64,000 nt of DNA from an uncultured delta proteobacterium (lineage in GTDB: Bacteria > Myxococcota_A > Polyangia > Polyangiales > Polyangiaceae): assembly GCA_963716725.1 (NCBI GenBank), contig CAVQUB010000034.1, positions 1 through 64,000 on the forward strand, read 5' to 3'. The notes beneath the pieces are model-generated. The model saw only the letters and a program-made list of their open reading frames with translations, did no database searches and was not told the origin of the DNA. Below are positions 41,199 to 50,611 of the stretch, piece by piece (the first letter of the stretch is position 1; the number at the start of each line of letters is the position of its first letter). A program made the translations under genes and the position numbers.

Positions 41199-43148
41199 TC
41201 ACTCCCTGGGTCGAATCAGCTGGAAGTAACGCTGAACGTAGAAGCGATACCCCGGCGGGATCTGGTCTTCGTTCATGACGCGCTCGGCGACGGTCTTGTA
41301 GTCCGTGTACACCTTCTTGTAGCCGCGACCGACGAAGCCGCGCTGGGCCGCTCCGTAAATCACCTGGGTCGACGCGCCGCCCTGACCGGTGTCCGCCGCC
41401 GCTGCGGTCACGTCTTTGGTGCTGCCCTTCAGGTGGCTCGCTTCGCCCTTCAGGTTTTCGTCGTGGCCGGTTCCCCAACTCTCGCCGCCCTTGCCCGCGC
41501 CTTGCCCGGGTTTGTCCCCGGCGCCTTCGCCCTGGCCTTCGCCCTGGCCCTGGCCTTGGCCCTGACCTTGGCCTTGGCCCTGGCCTTGGCCCATTCCGGG
41601 CATGGGCACGCTCTTCCCGCCCGATCCGGGCCCGATCATCATGTCGCCCTCGCCCTCGCCGGGCTTCATGCCTTGGCCCTTCTTGCCCTGGCCTTGGCCT
41701 TCTTCGCCCTCGCCCTGCTTGCCGCCTTTGCCGCCGCGGGCCTTCTGGCCGAACTTGAGCATGCGCTGCATGCGCTCTTTGCCGCCCTTGCCCTGCTGGC
41801 GCATCACCTCGCGCATCTCTTGTAGGCGCCGGCGCAGCTCTTCTTTCTCCTTATCCGACATCTCTTCTTGCGCCATGCGGTTGAGATCTTCGGCGGCCTT
41901 CTCGAAGTCTTCGGCCGAGGCTCCCATCTCTTTGAGCAGGTCTTCGGCGGCCTTTGCCAGTTCCCGGTCGAGCTTCGAGAGCTGACGCTGCGAACGCTTG
42001 GCCTGGTCCTTCTCACGGTCGAGGCGTTCGAGCTGACGCTCTTTCTTCTTGAGCAGGCTCTTGTCGCTCTCGGAAAGTCCGCCGTCGTTCTCTTGCTTCT
42101 TCTTGAGTAGACGATCCCGCTCCTCCTCGGCCTTCTTGCGCTCGGCCTCGAGCTTCTTCAGGTTCTCCGCGCTCTTCTCGCTGGCCTTCTTCACGGCTTC
42201 GCGAAGCTTCTCGAGCTGCTCTTTCGTTGGCGGGTTCTTCTTGTTCTTCAGCTTCTCCGCCAGCTCGCGCATCGCCTTCTCGGCGTCCGCCAGGTTCTTC
42301 TGCTTCATGGCCTCGGCAACGGGCTTGGCGAGATCGCTCTTTTCGAGCTCTTTCGCCAGGTTTGCCAGGCCGTCTTCCAAGGCTTCTTTGTCGGCTTCAG
42401 CGCCCTTCATCAGCTGCCGCTCGAGCTCTTCGAGTCGCTTGAAGACCTCGCTGCGATCCAGGCGCTTGTCGGCGATGTCTTCGATCAGCTGATTGAAGCG
42501 GCGCACCGCGGTTTGGACTTCCGGGTCCTGGCTCTTGTCCTCGAGCTCCTTCGCCATGTCCTTGAACAGCTCGAGATCGTCCGGGCTCATGACCATGGGG
42601 TCAAAACTCTTGTCGGGTGGCAGGATCTTCGTCGTGCGCACCTCGAGCAGCGCGACCGCGACCAGACCCGCGATCAAGAGACCGACCACGGGCAGCTCGC
42701 GCGGCACGTGGAAGGGCGCGGCGCGGCGCGGCCGAAGCTCCTTGGCGTTCACCACCGCGTCTTCGATGGCGACCTTCATCAAGAGTGTGCGGTCGGTGTC
42801 GGGCAGCTCCGAGAAGCTGATGGCGTTCGTAATGCGATCGTGGAGCCCATGATAGCGGTCGAGGGCCAGCGCGCCGTGGTGCTTGGGCCGCGCTCGCAGC
42901 CAGGCGTGGGCGGCGCCCACCAAGAAGACCAAGAGCGGAACGACGCCGGCGAAGCCCAGCGTCTGGATGGTGTCGGCGGCCGGTCGCGCGACCTTGATGT
43001 AGGTCAGCGCACCAACCCCGTAGAGCAGCGGGACCGGCACGAGCAAGAACGCGCGGGAGAGAGTCTGGTCGATGCGCAGGCGGACTGCGGTCCAGCGTGC
43101 GGTGCGGCGCAGACTCGAAAGGGAGGCTTCGCGGTCGGACGGGTTCAC
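41199..43148 (-). CDS. Membrane-anchored long coiled-coil protein with GQ repeats (first gene of MoxR operon)
   Basis: N-terminal TMs, charged heptad region, GQGQGQ tract, C-terminal IPPGYRFYVQRYF. Confidence 0.85.
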   Translation of the reverse strand: MNPSDREASLSSLRRTARWTAVRLRIDQTLSRAFLLVPVPLLYGVGALTYIKVARPAADTIQTLGFAGVVPLLVFLVGAAHAWLRARPKHHGALALDRYHGLHDRITNAISFSELPDTDRTLLMKVAIEDAVVNAKELRPRRAAPFHVPRELPVVGLLIAGLVAVALLEVRTTKILPPDKSFDPMVMSPDDLELFKDMAKELEDKSQDPEVQTAVRRFNQLIEDIADKRLDRSEVFKRLEELERQLMKGAEADKEALEDGLANLAKELEKSDLAKPVAEAMKQKNLADAEKAMRELAEKLKNKKNPPTKEQLEKLREAVKKASEKSAENLKKLEAERKKAEEERDRLLKKKQENDGGLSESDKSLLKKKERQLERLDREKDQAKRSQRQLSKLDRELAKAAEDLLKEMGASAEDFEKAAEDLNRMAQEEMSDKEKEELRRRLQEMREVMRQQGKGGKERMQRMLKFGQKARGGKGGKQGEGEEGQGQGKKGQGMKPGEGEGDMMIGPGSGGKSVPMPGMGQGQGQGQGQGQGQGQGEGQGEGAGDKPGQGAGKGGESWGTGHDENLKGEASHLKGSTKDVTAAAADTGQGGASTQVIYGAAQRGFVGRGYKKVYTDYKTVAERVMNEDQIPPGYRFYVQRYFQLIRPRE

Positions 43149-43522
43149 GTGGGGCTCTCGACTTGACGGTTGTAACGCACGAAAGTTCCGTCTGCTTTCG
43201 CCGGGGCAGACAGCGAGGGCTCATGGTAGCGCGTCCGGCCGGTCCGAGGGCGGTCCCTCGCGCACCTCGGGGCCAGCCCGAAGGCCTGAGAGATCGCGGG
43301 GTTAGCCGGTGATTGACGCCAGATGCTGGTGTTCATGGACCCCGCGACGCGCGGGCGCGATGCCCGACGGGCCGACGGGGTGGAAGGCCTCGACCTTGGA
43401 GGGGAAGGCGGCCGGTCGGCCTCGAGGGGCACTTCGCCCGGGGCCGCCTTTGCGTGACGAGCTTGACCCGGTGCGCGCCCGTGGTCTCACATTGGGCCCC
43501 GAGTCACGGACAGGAGCTCTCG

Positions 43523-44476
43523 ATGGCCGACGAAACGAAGACGCTGGTTCTGGTAGCAGACGACGAACCGAGCACCCGCGCGCTCGTCGTCGGACATCTG
43601 AGGCGTAGGGGTTATCGGGTCGTCGAGGCTTCGGACGGCGACGAGGCCTGGATGCTCGCTCATGAGCACCTGCCCGACCTGGTCGTGCTCGACGTGATGA
43701 TGCCCGGAATGAGCGGCTGGGAGGTGTGTCGCAAGATCCGCGAAGCTGTCTCCCTCGCGCACACGGGCGTCGTGATGCTCACCGGTATCGGTGAACACCT
43801 GAACGAGATGACGTCACCGCTGTACGGCGCGGACACCTACGTCGACAAGCCCTTCGAGTTTTCGGTGCTCGACGCGAAGGTGCAACAAACGTTGGCACGA
43901 CGTCGCGGCGGCGCGGTGGGGCGTGGCGACGAGAGGCCCGCCAAGCCGGTGAAGCCTGCCAAGCCGGTGAAGCCTGCCAAGCCGGTGAACCCTGCCAAGC
44001 CGGTGAAGACTGCCAAGCCGGTGAAGACTGCCAAGCCGGTGAAGACTGCCAAGCCGGTGAAGCCTGCCAAGCCGGTGAAGACTGCCAAGCCGGTGAAGCC
44101 TGCCAAGCCGGTGAAGCCTGCCAAGCCGGTGAAGACTGCCAAGCCGGTGAAGCCTGCCAAGCCGGTGAAGCCTGCCAAGCCGGTGAAGACTGCGAAGCCT
44201 GCCAAGCCCGCGAAGCCTGCCAAGCAGAAGCCGCCCGCGAAACCCGCCAAGCCCACCAAGCAGAAGCCGCCGGCCAAAACCACGAAGCCCGCGAAGTCCG
44301 CGAAGCCCGCGAAGCCCGCGAAGCCCGCGAAGCCCGCGAAGTCCGCGAAGCCCGCGAAGTCCGCGAAGCCCGCGAAGTCCGCGAAGTCCGCGAAGCCCGC
44401 GAAGTCCGCGAAGCCGAAGCCGAAGCCGAAGCCGAAGCCGAAGCCGCCGGCCAAGACCAAGCCCAAGAAGAAGTAG
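43523..44476 (+). CDS. Response regulator (REC) fused to a Lys/Pro/Ala-rich histone-H1-like tail
   Basis: SD AGGAG; VLVADDE, VVLDVMMPGMSG, MLT, DKPF; then about 180 aa of AKPVK[P/T], AKP/AKS and KP repeats. Confidence 0.9.
   Translation: MADETKTLVLVADDEPSTRALVVGHLRRRGYRVVEASDGDEAWMLAHEHLPDLVVLDVMMPGMSGWEVCRKIREAVSLAHTGVVMLTGIGEHLNEMTSPLYGADTYVDKPFEFSVLDAKVQQTLARRRGGAVGRGDERPAKPVKPAKPVKPAKPVNPAKPVKTAKPVKTAKPVKTAKPVKPAKPVKTAKPVKPAKPVKPAKPVKTAKPVKPAKPVKPAKPVKTAKPAKPAKPAKQKPPAKPAKPTKQKPPAKTTKPAKSAKPAKPAKPAKPAKSAKPAKSAKPAKSAKSAKPAKSAKPKPKPKPKPKPPAKTKPKKK
43940..44447 (+). repeat. Coding VNTR: 14 x 18-bp (GCCAAGCCGGTGAAG[C/A]CT), then 9-bp and 6-bp repeats
   Basis: 18-bp block 43940-44191; gcgaagccc/gcgaagtcc units at about 44290-44410; aagccg units to about 44447. 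Confidence 0.95.
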
Positions 44477-44497
44477 CTCGCCCCCAGCGCGTCGACG

Positions 44498-44530
44498 GCG
44501 CGCGGCGGGAGCGGCTTGCCCGCCGCGCGC
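44498..44530. terminator. GC-rich hairpin between convergent genes
   Basis: gcgcgcggcggg / cccgccgcgcgc 12-bp stem; weak U-tract. Confidence 0.55.
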
Positions 44531-44559
44531 ATTTCCGATCCGTCGGGTCCCAGCCGGCT

Positions 44560-45717
44560 TCAGACCGTGCGGCGTTCGAGGAGCTCGAGCTGCGCGACCG
44601 GTTCGGCGAGGCGCCGCTCGACGTAGTCGGCGGGAGGCATCGACTCGAGCCTGAAGGTGATCTGCCGCGTGAACGGGTTCTCTTCGAGGCTGAGGTAGCC
44701 CTCGTCGGCCAGGGTGCAGAGCATGCCGAAGGCATGGCTCGGCGTCGAGATCGGGTGCGAGCCGGCGCTGGGAACGAAGGCGTTCAAGTCGCAGGCGCGA
44801 AACGGCGCCGCGCGCCGCTCGGCGTCGCCGAAAAAACCATCGAGGAGCGCGAGATAGATGCCGCGGAAGTAGCCCTCGGCGAAGGCCACCCACTCGAGGG
44901 GCTTCGTCACCGCGAACTTGCCGTGCGGCGCGAGCACGGCTCGCACCTCGTGGGTCTCGAAGAACCGCCGCAGGGTGCGAATGCTGTCGAGGAAGCGTTC
45001 GTAGGCCATCGAGTACGACTGGCCGGCCACCGTGAAGATCGGGATCACGTAGCCCTGTGTCTCGGGTTTGTCGACGAGCCCGGTGCAGATGATGGTGTCG
45101 CCGGGAACGGCCACCGCGAGCTCACGATCGTAATAGAGCACGCAGTCGAGGGAGTGACCGGGCGTCGCCAGCGCGCTCACGCCGGGCGGAAGCTCCCCGC
45201 GGTCGACGAAGGACAGCGCACGCTTCGGCGTCCGGGCAAAGTAGCCGCTGAAACGCTTGCGGAGCGCGTTGTTGAGCATCTCCTCGTCGCTGAACGCGTT
45301 GTATTCGTGAAGCCCCCAGTGGGCGCGGGTCTGGAAGATCTCGTAGGTCTCGTTGACAAACGCGGCCTCCGGGTGCGTCAAGAAGCGGTAGCCCGCGGAG
45401 TGCAGGTAGATCGGTGCACGCTCGCCGTCGGGGCGCCCATGGCTCGCGGTGATCCCAGCGCTGCCGGCGTGGTCCCCGTGGCAGTGGGTGAGCAGCAGCG
45501 CGTCGAGGCGCCGCACGCCGTGCGCGTCGAGTGCCCGGCGGGTCTCGTCGACGACGTCGGGACGCGCGGGCCCACACTCGAAGAGGTAGGTACTGCCGCC
45601 GCGACGACGCAGGATCAGGTTGACGTGTTTGGGGCTCGGGTACCCGCTGGGCACCGGCAACACGTCGAGCTGACCGGTCAGGCCGAGCTCATGGAAGGCC
45701 TCTGCGAAGGGCTGCAC
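44560..45717 (-). CDS. MBL-fold metallo-hydrolase
   Basis: THCHGDHAG (HxHxDH), TPGHS, PGD, APHG. Confidence 0.88.
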   Translation of the reverse strand: MQPFAEAFHELGLTGQLDVLPVPSGYPSPKHVNLILRRRGGSTYLFECGPARPDVVDETRRALDAHGVRRLDALLLTHCHGDHAGSAGITASHGRPDGERAPIYLHSAGYRFLTHPEAAFVNETYEIFQTRAHWGLHEYNAFSDEEMLNNALRKRFSGYFARTPKRALSFVDRGELPPGVSALATPGHSLDCVLYYDRELAVAVPGDTIICTGLVDKPETQGYVIPIFTVAGQSYSMAYERFLDSIRTLRRFFETHEVRAVLAPHGKFAVTKPLEWVAFAEGYFRGIYLALLDGFFGDAERRAAPFRACDLNAFVPSAGSHPISTPSHAFGMLCTLADEGYLSLEENPFTRQITFRLESMPPADYVERRLAEPVAQLELLERRTV

Positions 45718-45726
45718 CTTCGCTGT

Positions 45727-47757
45727 TCATATCACGCTTCGCGCAGCCCAGAACTTCCGCACCGCTTCCAAATCGTCGGTGCGTTTCGCTGGAGGCAGCG
45801 CCGCGAGCACGCGCCGCCCGTAGCTCTTCTTGTGAACACGCTCGTCGAAGAGCGCCACCACCCCGTAGTCGTCACGCGTGCGGATCAACCGACCGAAGCC
45901 CTGCTTGAGGGCCAACGCCGCCGCCGGAACGAAGAGCTTCATGAAGGCATTGTCGCCCTGTTCCTCGAGCCTCGCCGAACGAGCTCTCACGATCGGATCG
46001 CTCGGCACGAAGAAGGGGATCTTCTCCAGCACCACCAACCTGAGCGCGTGACCGGGGATGTCCACGCCCTCCCAGAACGAGCTGGTCGCGACCAAAACCG
46101 CGCGCCCGTCGGCCCGGAAGCGTTCGAGCAAGGCTCCCTTGGGAGCCTCGCCCTGCAGGAAGAGTCTTCGGGCGCCGATGCGCCCCCGCAGAGCCCCGTG
46201 CAGCGCGCGCATGGAGCGCAGGCTGGTGGTGAGCACGAAGGCCCCGCCGTCGGCGAGCGCCACCAGCTCCGCGATGCGCTCGGAGGCGATCCGGGCAAAG
46301 TCCGGCGCGCCAGGCTCGGGCAGATCCCGCGGCGTGTAAAACAGCGCGTTTTCGGCGTAGTCGAAGGGCGAGTCGATCACGCTCTCGCCGACCTCGATGC
46401 GACCGTCGTCGAGGCCGAGGCGTGACGAGAGGTAGGCAAAGGGGCTCTCGTCCGGGCGCGAGGCGCCGATCGCGAGGGTAGCGCTGGTCAGCACCACCGC
46501 GGGCACGCTGTCGAAGACGAGGTCACGAAACAGCGATGAGACGTCGACGGGCGAGGAGGACAGCGTCGTGCTCCTGCCCCCGGTCTCGAGCCAGGTGACT
46601 CGTCCCGGGGCAGCATCGACGGCGATGGTCAGCTGATCGCGCAGCGATCGCACCCGGCGCGCGGCGACCTCGAGGGAGTCGCCGAGGGCTCTGGGGTCCC
46701 GCCCCTTGGGCGCCTTCGGCTGCACCAGCCGGCCGCGGGCGGATTCCGCCAAACCCAATACGCTTTCGAGCGCAGAGTCGAGATCGTGCCAGCGCGTGGC
46801 CAGCTCTCCGCTCCACACGTCGCGTTCGATGGCGAGCCGCGCGTCGGCCCCGCCGCCGACATCTGCCTGAACCGCCAGACGCGCCCAGAACGCGTCGCTG
46901 GCCCGCCGCGCTCCTTCGATGGCGCCGCTGCCGATCGACGAGTCGCCAGCGAGCATCACGATGCGCTCGAGGTCCTTCAAGATCACCTCGATGCGCGCGC
47001 TCGACACCCTCACTCCGAAAAAGTCGGTCGCGATGTCTTCGAGCTGATGGGCTTCGTCGAAGATCACCGCGTCGTACTCCGGCAGGACTCGGCCGGGGTG
47101 CGGCCCACCCACCCGGGTATCGCGAAGCGCGTCCCGCAAAGCGAGATCCGCAAAGAACAAGTGGTGATTGACGATGACCAGGCGAGCAGCCTCCGCCTCG
47201 CGACGCATGCGGGTCACGAAGCATCGGTCGAAGTGCGCGCAGCCAGCCCCGACGCGGGTGTCGCTGGACGCGGTCACGTCCCGCCAGATCGAGTGATCTT
47301 CCGGCAGGTCGGCCAGCTCGCTGATGTCACCGAACTCGGTCGTGCTGCGCCACTCTTCGATGCGCCGAATCGCGGCGTCTCGCGCCGGATCCAGGCTCGC
47401 ACGCCGCTGCTCCTCGAAGCGTCGCAGGCACAAGTAGTTTCCGAGGCCCTTCATCACGGCGGCCCGCGGCTCGAGCCCCATGCGCTCGATCAGCGGCAGG
47501 TCGCGGGTTGCGATTTGCTCTTGCAGCGCGCGCGTCGCGGTCGACACGACGACCTTCTTGCCGCTGAGGATGGCGGGAACGAGGTAGGCCAAGGTCTTGC
47601 CCGTTCCGGTCCCCGCCTCGCACAAGAGCACACGCTCTTCGGAAAGCGTGCGCTCGACGGCCGCCGCCATCTCGAGCTGCCCAGGACGCGACTCGTAGCG
47701 CGCTAGGGAGGTGGCGAGCGGTCCTCGGTCGCCGAGCAACTCGACCGCACGACTCAC
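45727..47757 (-). CDS. DinG/YoaA family ATP-dependent DNA helicase
   Basis: EAGTGTGKTLAYL, STATRALQEQ, NYLC, VNHHL, FDEAH, TSATL, SPFDY, SFWEGVDIPG, QGFGRLIR; GTG start at 47757 overlaps PilZ stop. Confidence 0.92.
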   Translation of the reverse strand: MSRAVELLGDRGPLATSLARYESRPGQLEMAAAVERTLSEERVLLCEAGTGTGKTLAYLVPAILSGKKVVVSTATRALQEQIATRDLPLIERMGLEPRAAVMKGLGNYLCLRRFEEQRRASLDPARDAAIRRIEEWRSTTEFGDISELADLPEDHSIWRDVTASSDTRVGAGCAHFDRCFVTRMRREAEAARLVIVNHHLFFADLALRDALRDTRVGGPHPGRVLPEYDAVIFDEAHQLEDIATDFFGVRVSSARIEVILKDLERIVMLAGDSSIGSGAIEGARRASDAFWARLAVQADVGGGADARLAIERDVWSGELATRWHDLDSALESVLGLAESARGRLVQPKAPKGRDPRALGDSLEVAARRVRSLRDQLTIAVDAAPGRVTWLETGGRSTTLSSSPVDVSSLFRDLVFDSVPAVVLTSATLAIGASRPDESPFAYLSSRLGLDDGRIEVGESVIDSPFDYAENALFYTPRDLPEPGAPDFARIASERIAELVALADGGAFVLTTSLRSMRALHGALRGRIGARRLFLQGEAPKGALLERFRADGRAVLVATSSFWEGVDIPGHALRLVVLEKIPFFVPSDPIVRARSARLEEQGDNAFMKLFVPAAALALKQGFGRLIRTRDDYGVVALFDERVHKKSYGRRVLAALPPAKRTDDLEAVRKFWAARSVI

Positions 47758-48173
47758 TTCGTCGGCGGCTCGCGCTTCGGATCCGGAGGCGGCACCGTGC
47801 CGGTGTTCGTGTCGAGAAACTGCACACCGCAGATTTGCCCGTCGGCCTCTTGCTGCACCCACACGACGCGACAGGGTCGTCGAATGTGCTCCTCGTCGCC
47901 GAGCGAGATATCGTACTCGCTGCCAAGCTCGACGCTGTCTTCGACGATGATGCGGACCCCGCCGCGACTGACGTTCAAGGTCCAGCCCTCGACCTCGGCG
48001 CCTTTTCGGTAGAGCCGGACGCGGTCGGACGCCTCCCGGCGGGCGCCGCCAGACTGGCGTCGAGTTCCGTGCGCGGCCGCATCGGCGCCGGGCGGTGGCT
48101 TCGAGTCTTGGTCGGGCACGATCCGGCTGAACATATCAAACTGCTGCATTCGGTGCGCCCACTGAGCGAACAT
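47754..48173 (-). CDS. PilZ domain protein (start uncertain: 48173, 48149 or 48134)
   Basis: ARREASDR, TLNVSRGG, CRVVWV, CGVQF. Confidence 0.8.
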   Translation of the reverse strand: MFAQWAHRMQQFDMFSRIVPDQDSKPPPGADAAAHGTRRQSGGARREASDRVRLYRKGAEVEGWTLNVSRGGVRIIVEDSVELGSEYDISLGDEEHIRRPCRVVWVQQEADGQICGVQFLDTNTGTVPPPDPKREPPTK

Positions 48174-48322
48174 TCGGCGGGGCCGAAATCCCTCGCCTTG
48201 ACGCTCGGACGCCGCTCTGTAAAGTTCCGGAAGGCACTAGGATGCTGTGGGGGCTAGGGCTAATCGTCGAAGATCGTTGACCATCGGGACAAAGCGGCAG
48301 CCAACCGGCCGCTGAATCGAAT

Positions 48323-48790
48323 ATGCTTCCCGAACCTGCCGCAGGCCACATGTCGCTCACCCCCCAAGAGCTGAAAAAGCTACTTCTCGGCGCCGGGCTC
48401 GAGGTCTACCGGACGCTCGCGGACCGCGTCGTGCTCGCCGACCGGGTGCGGGACAACCTCATCATGGATAGCGGCGTGGCCGCTTTGTCCCAAGAAGCAG
48501 GGCTCGGTGTCCGAGCGGTGTTTCGTGCGCAAGGCTGCGATTTTCAAGGCGAAAACCCGGAGGCCTTGTTCGCGCACGCGAGGCGAATGGCGCAGGACGC
48601 CCAGAGCCGGGGCTACTCCGAGGTCGCGACCAACGTGGTCCCCATCCACGACCCGGGCGACCGGACTCGGGTCCTCGACACCTGGTACGAGGTGGCCTTC
48701 GAGCGGCGGACGAGCGACGGCGACCAGCTCCTGGCTGAGCTGAAGGCCGCGCTCGAGTGGCCCAAGGTCGCCAGCCGCACGATGACCTGA
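48323..48790 (+). CDS. Hypothetical protein
   Basis: Typical codon usage; motif LADRVRDNLIMDSGV...DPGD...LDTWYEV. Confidence 0.7.
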   Translation: MLPEPAAGHMSLTPQELKKLLLGAGLEVYRTLADRVVLADRVRDNLIMDSGVAALSQEAGLGVRAVFRAQGCDFQGENPEALFAHARRMAQDAQSRGYSEVATNVVPIHDPGDRTRVLDTWYEVAFERRTSDGDQLLAELKAALEWPKVASRTMT

Positions 48791-48877
48791 CCTCAGCGCG
48801 GCGTAGACCAGCCCGGGTGAGCGTGGTAGGTCCGTCGCCCTTTCGCGCAGCCCCGTCGGGCGCGCACACCGAGAGCC

Positions 48878-50611
48878 ATGCTGTCGTTCTTTCGCAAGGG
48901 TGGGGGCGGCCAGATCATCGTCGGAGCGGTGGTCTTCGCAATCATCATCGTATTCGTGCTCGAGTTCCGCCCCGGCCGCGAGGGCGGCTCGGGCTTCAGC
49001 CGCGAGTGTGCCGTGAAGGTCTTCGACGCGTGCGTCGACCGCAAGGAGTACTTCGCGGCCTACGGTCTGATCGTTCCCCGCGACATGCCGCAGAAGAAGA
49101 TCAAGTCCATGGGCCTGAAGAAGGTCGTCATGGACGGGTTCGTGGAGCGGGAACTCTTGCTGAAGGAGGCCGAGCGGCTGGGCCTGGGCGTCAGCGACGC
49201 GGAGCTCGACGAAGAGCTGGCCGCGGGACGCGCCCGAATCTCGCTGCCGTACCACCAGCTGGGTTGGCTGGGTTACACGCTCGGCGTCAGCGACGAGATG
49301 GTCCGCATGCTCCAGGTGAAGAGCGCCCAGTCCGGAGAGTTCGACTACAAGATTTACGAGCGCACCGTCCGCAACGCGACCAACCGCAGCCCGAAGGAGT
49401 TCAAGGAGATGCAGCGCCGCGAGGTCATCGCGCAGCGCATGCGAGACCTGGTGCGGTCGCGGGTCCGGGTCTCCGAAATCGAGGCCTACACCCAGTGGGA
49501 GAGGGAGCGCTCCAAGGCCGTCGCCCGTGTCGCCTCCGTCCCCCGCGAGTGGTTTGCCAAGTGGGTGGTGGACGCCTCCGACGCCGGCGTGGACGCGTGG
49601 GCGCTGAAGAACGAAAAGCAGGTCAGCGAGGCGTGGAAGCAGGCCGAGTCCAACTGGAAACCCGAGTGCCCCGTGGTCAGCGAGGTGGTCGCCAGCGTCG
49701 AGGAAGAATCCGGCGACGCAACCAAGACCGAAGGGCGCCAAAAGGTGCAGGCCGCCCTCGATCGGATCAAGAAGGGTGAGGCCTTCGACGCCGTCGCCCG
49801 CTCGGCCAGCGAGGGCGCTGCCGCTGAGCTGGGCGGCGAGCTCGGCTGCCTGAACGAGACCTACGGCCCCGGCTCGAAAGAGCTGCTCGATGCGGTCAAG
49901 ACCATGAAGCCCGGACAGGTGTCCGAGGTCATCGAGTCGAAGCGTGGCTTCCACGTGATCAAGCTGCACAGCCTGGTCGCCGAGAAGGATCTCGAGAGTG
50001 TCGGCCGCCGATCCACGGCCCGGCGCCTGGCCGTGCCTGCGCTCGCCACCGAGCTGGCCAAAGAGTTCGCCGACAAGCTGATCGAGAAGGTCAAGGCCGG
50101 CGCCAAGCTCGAGGACGCAGTGAAAGAGCTGTCCCTCGACTATGCCCAGCGTCGCGCCGGCAAGAAGCCCGCGCTCGCTGCCGCCCCGGGCGCCGCGCCG
50201 GTGGCCGCCAAGAAGACCGACCCGCCCGCCATGGAAGACCCGCTCCGCCCCAAGGTGGAAATCACTGCGCCCTTCAGCGTCGCGGGCAGCCCCGTGGAGG
50301 ACCCGTTGCCGGGTGAGGCCCCGGCGGCCAAGGTCTTCGAGCTCGCGAAGGCCGATTCGCTGGTCGAAAAGCCGGTCCGCACCAACGCCGGCTTCGCGGT
50401 GCTCCAGCTCAAGGAGAAGACGCCGGCGAAGAAGGAAGATTTCGAGAAGGATCGCCTGTCGATCTTGCGCGCGCTGCGCGTGACCAAGGAGCAAGACGCG
50501 GTGGCTCGATACATCGCCTCGCTGCGCAGCAAGGTGAAGGACAAAGTCACCTACGATCAGCGCCTGCTGGAGGATACCAGCACCCAAGACGACGGCTCGG
50601 GCGACGGGTGA
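48878..50611 (+). CDS. PpiD/SurA-like parvulin peptidyl-prolyl isomerase
   Basis: N-terminal TM; ERELLLKEAERLGLGVSDAEL (SurA_N-like); FDAVARSAS...GGELG...GQVSEVIESKRGFHVIK (rotamase). Confidence 0.85.
   Translation: MLSFFRKGGGGQIIVGAVVFAIIIVFVLEFRPGREGGSGFSRECAVKVFDACVDRKEYFAAYGLIVPRDMPQKKIKSMGLKKVVMDGFVERELLLKEAERLGLGVSDAELDEELAAGRARISLPYHQLGWLGYTLGVSDEMVRMLQVKSAQSGEFDYKIYERTVRNATNRSPKEFKEMQRREVIAQRMRDLVRSRVRVSEIEAYTQWERERSKAVARVASVPREWFAKWVVDASDAGVDAWALKNEKQVSEAWKQAESNWKPECPVVSEVVASVEEESGDATKTEGRQKVQAALDRIKKGEAFDAVARSASEGAAAELGGELGCLNETYGPGSKELLDAVKTMKPGQVSEVIESKRGFHVIKLHSLVAEKDLESVGRRSTARRLAVPALATELAKEFADKLIEKVKAGAKLEDAVKELSLDYAQRRAGKKPALAAAPGAAPVAAKKTDPPAMEDPLRPKVEITAPFSVAGSPVEDPLPGEAPAAKVFELAKADSLVEKPVRTNAGFAVLQLKEKTPAKKEDFEKDRLSILRALRVTKEQDAVARYIASLRSKVKDKVTYDQRLLEDTSTQDDGSGDG

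Noticed and set aside
43149..43522. Possible ncRNA or small ORF in the 370-bp divergent intergenic region
   Set aside because: Only short GC-rich stems and no recognisable motif or convincing start context. Most likely promoter DNA.
43940..44447. Possible CRISPR array
   Set aside because: Units are contiguous with no unique spacers, are multiples of 3, lie in frame in a CDS, and no cas genes are present.
43779..44893. Antisense repeat ORFs (GFA, SPAWQ, LHRLG repeats)
   Set aside because: Reverse-frame readings of the coding VNTR in the response regulator.
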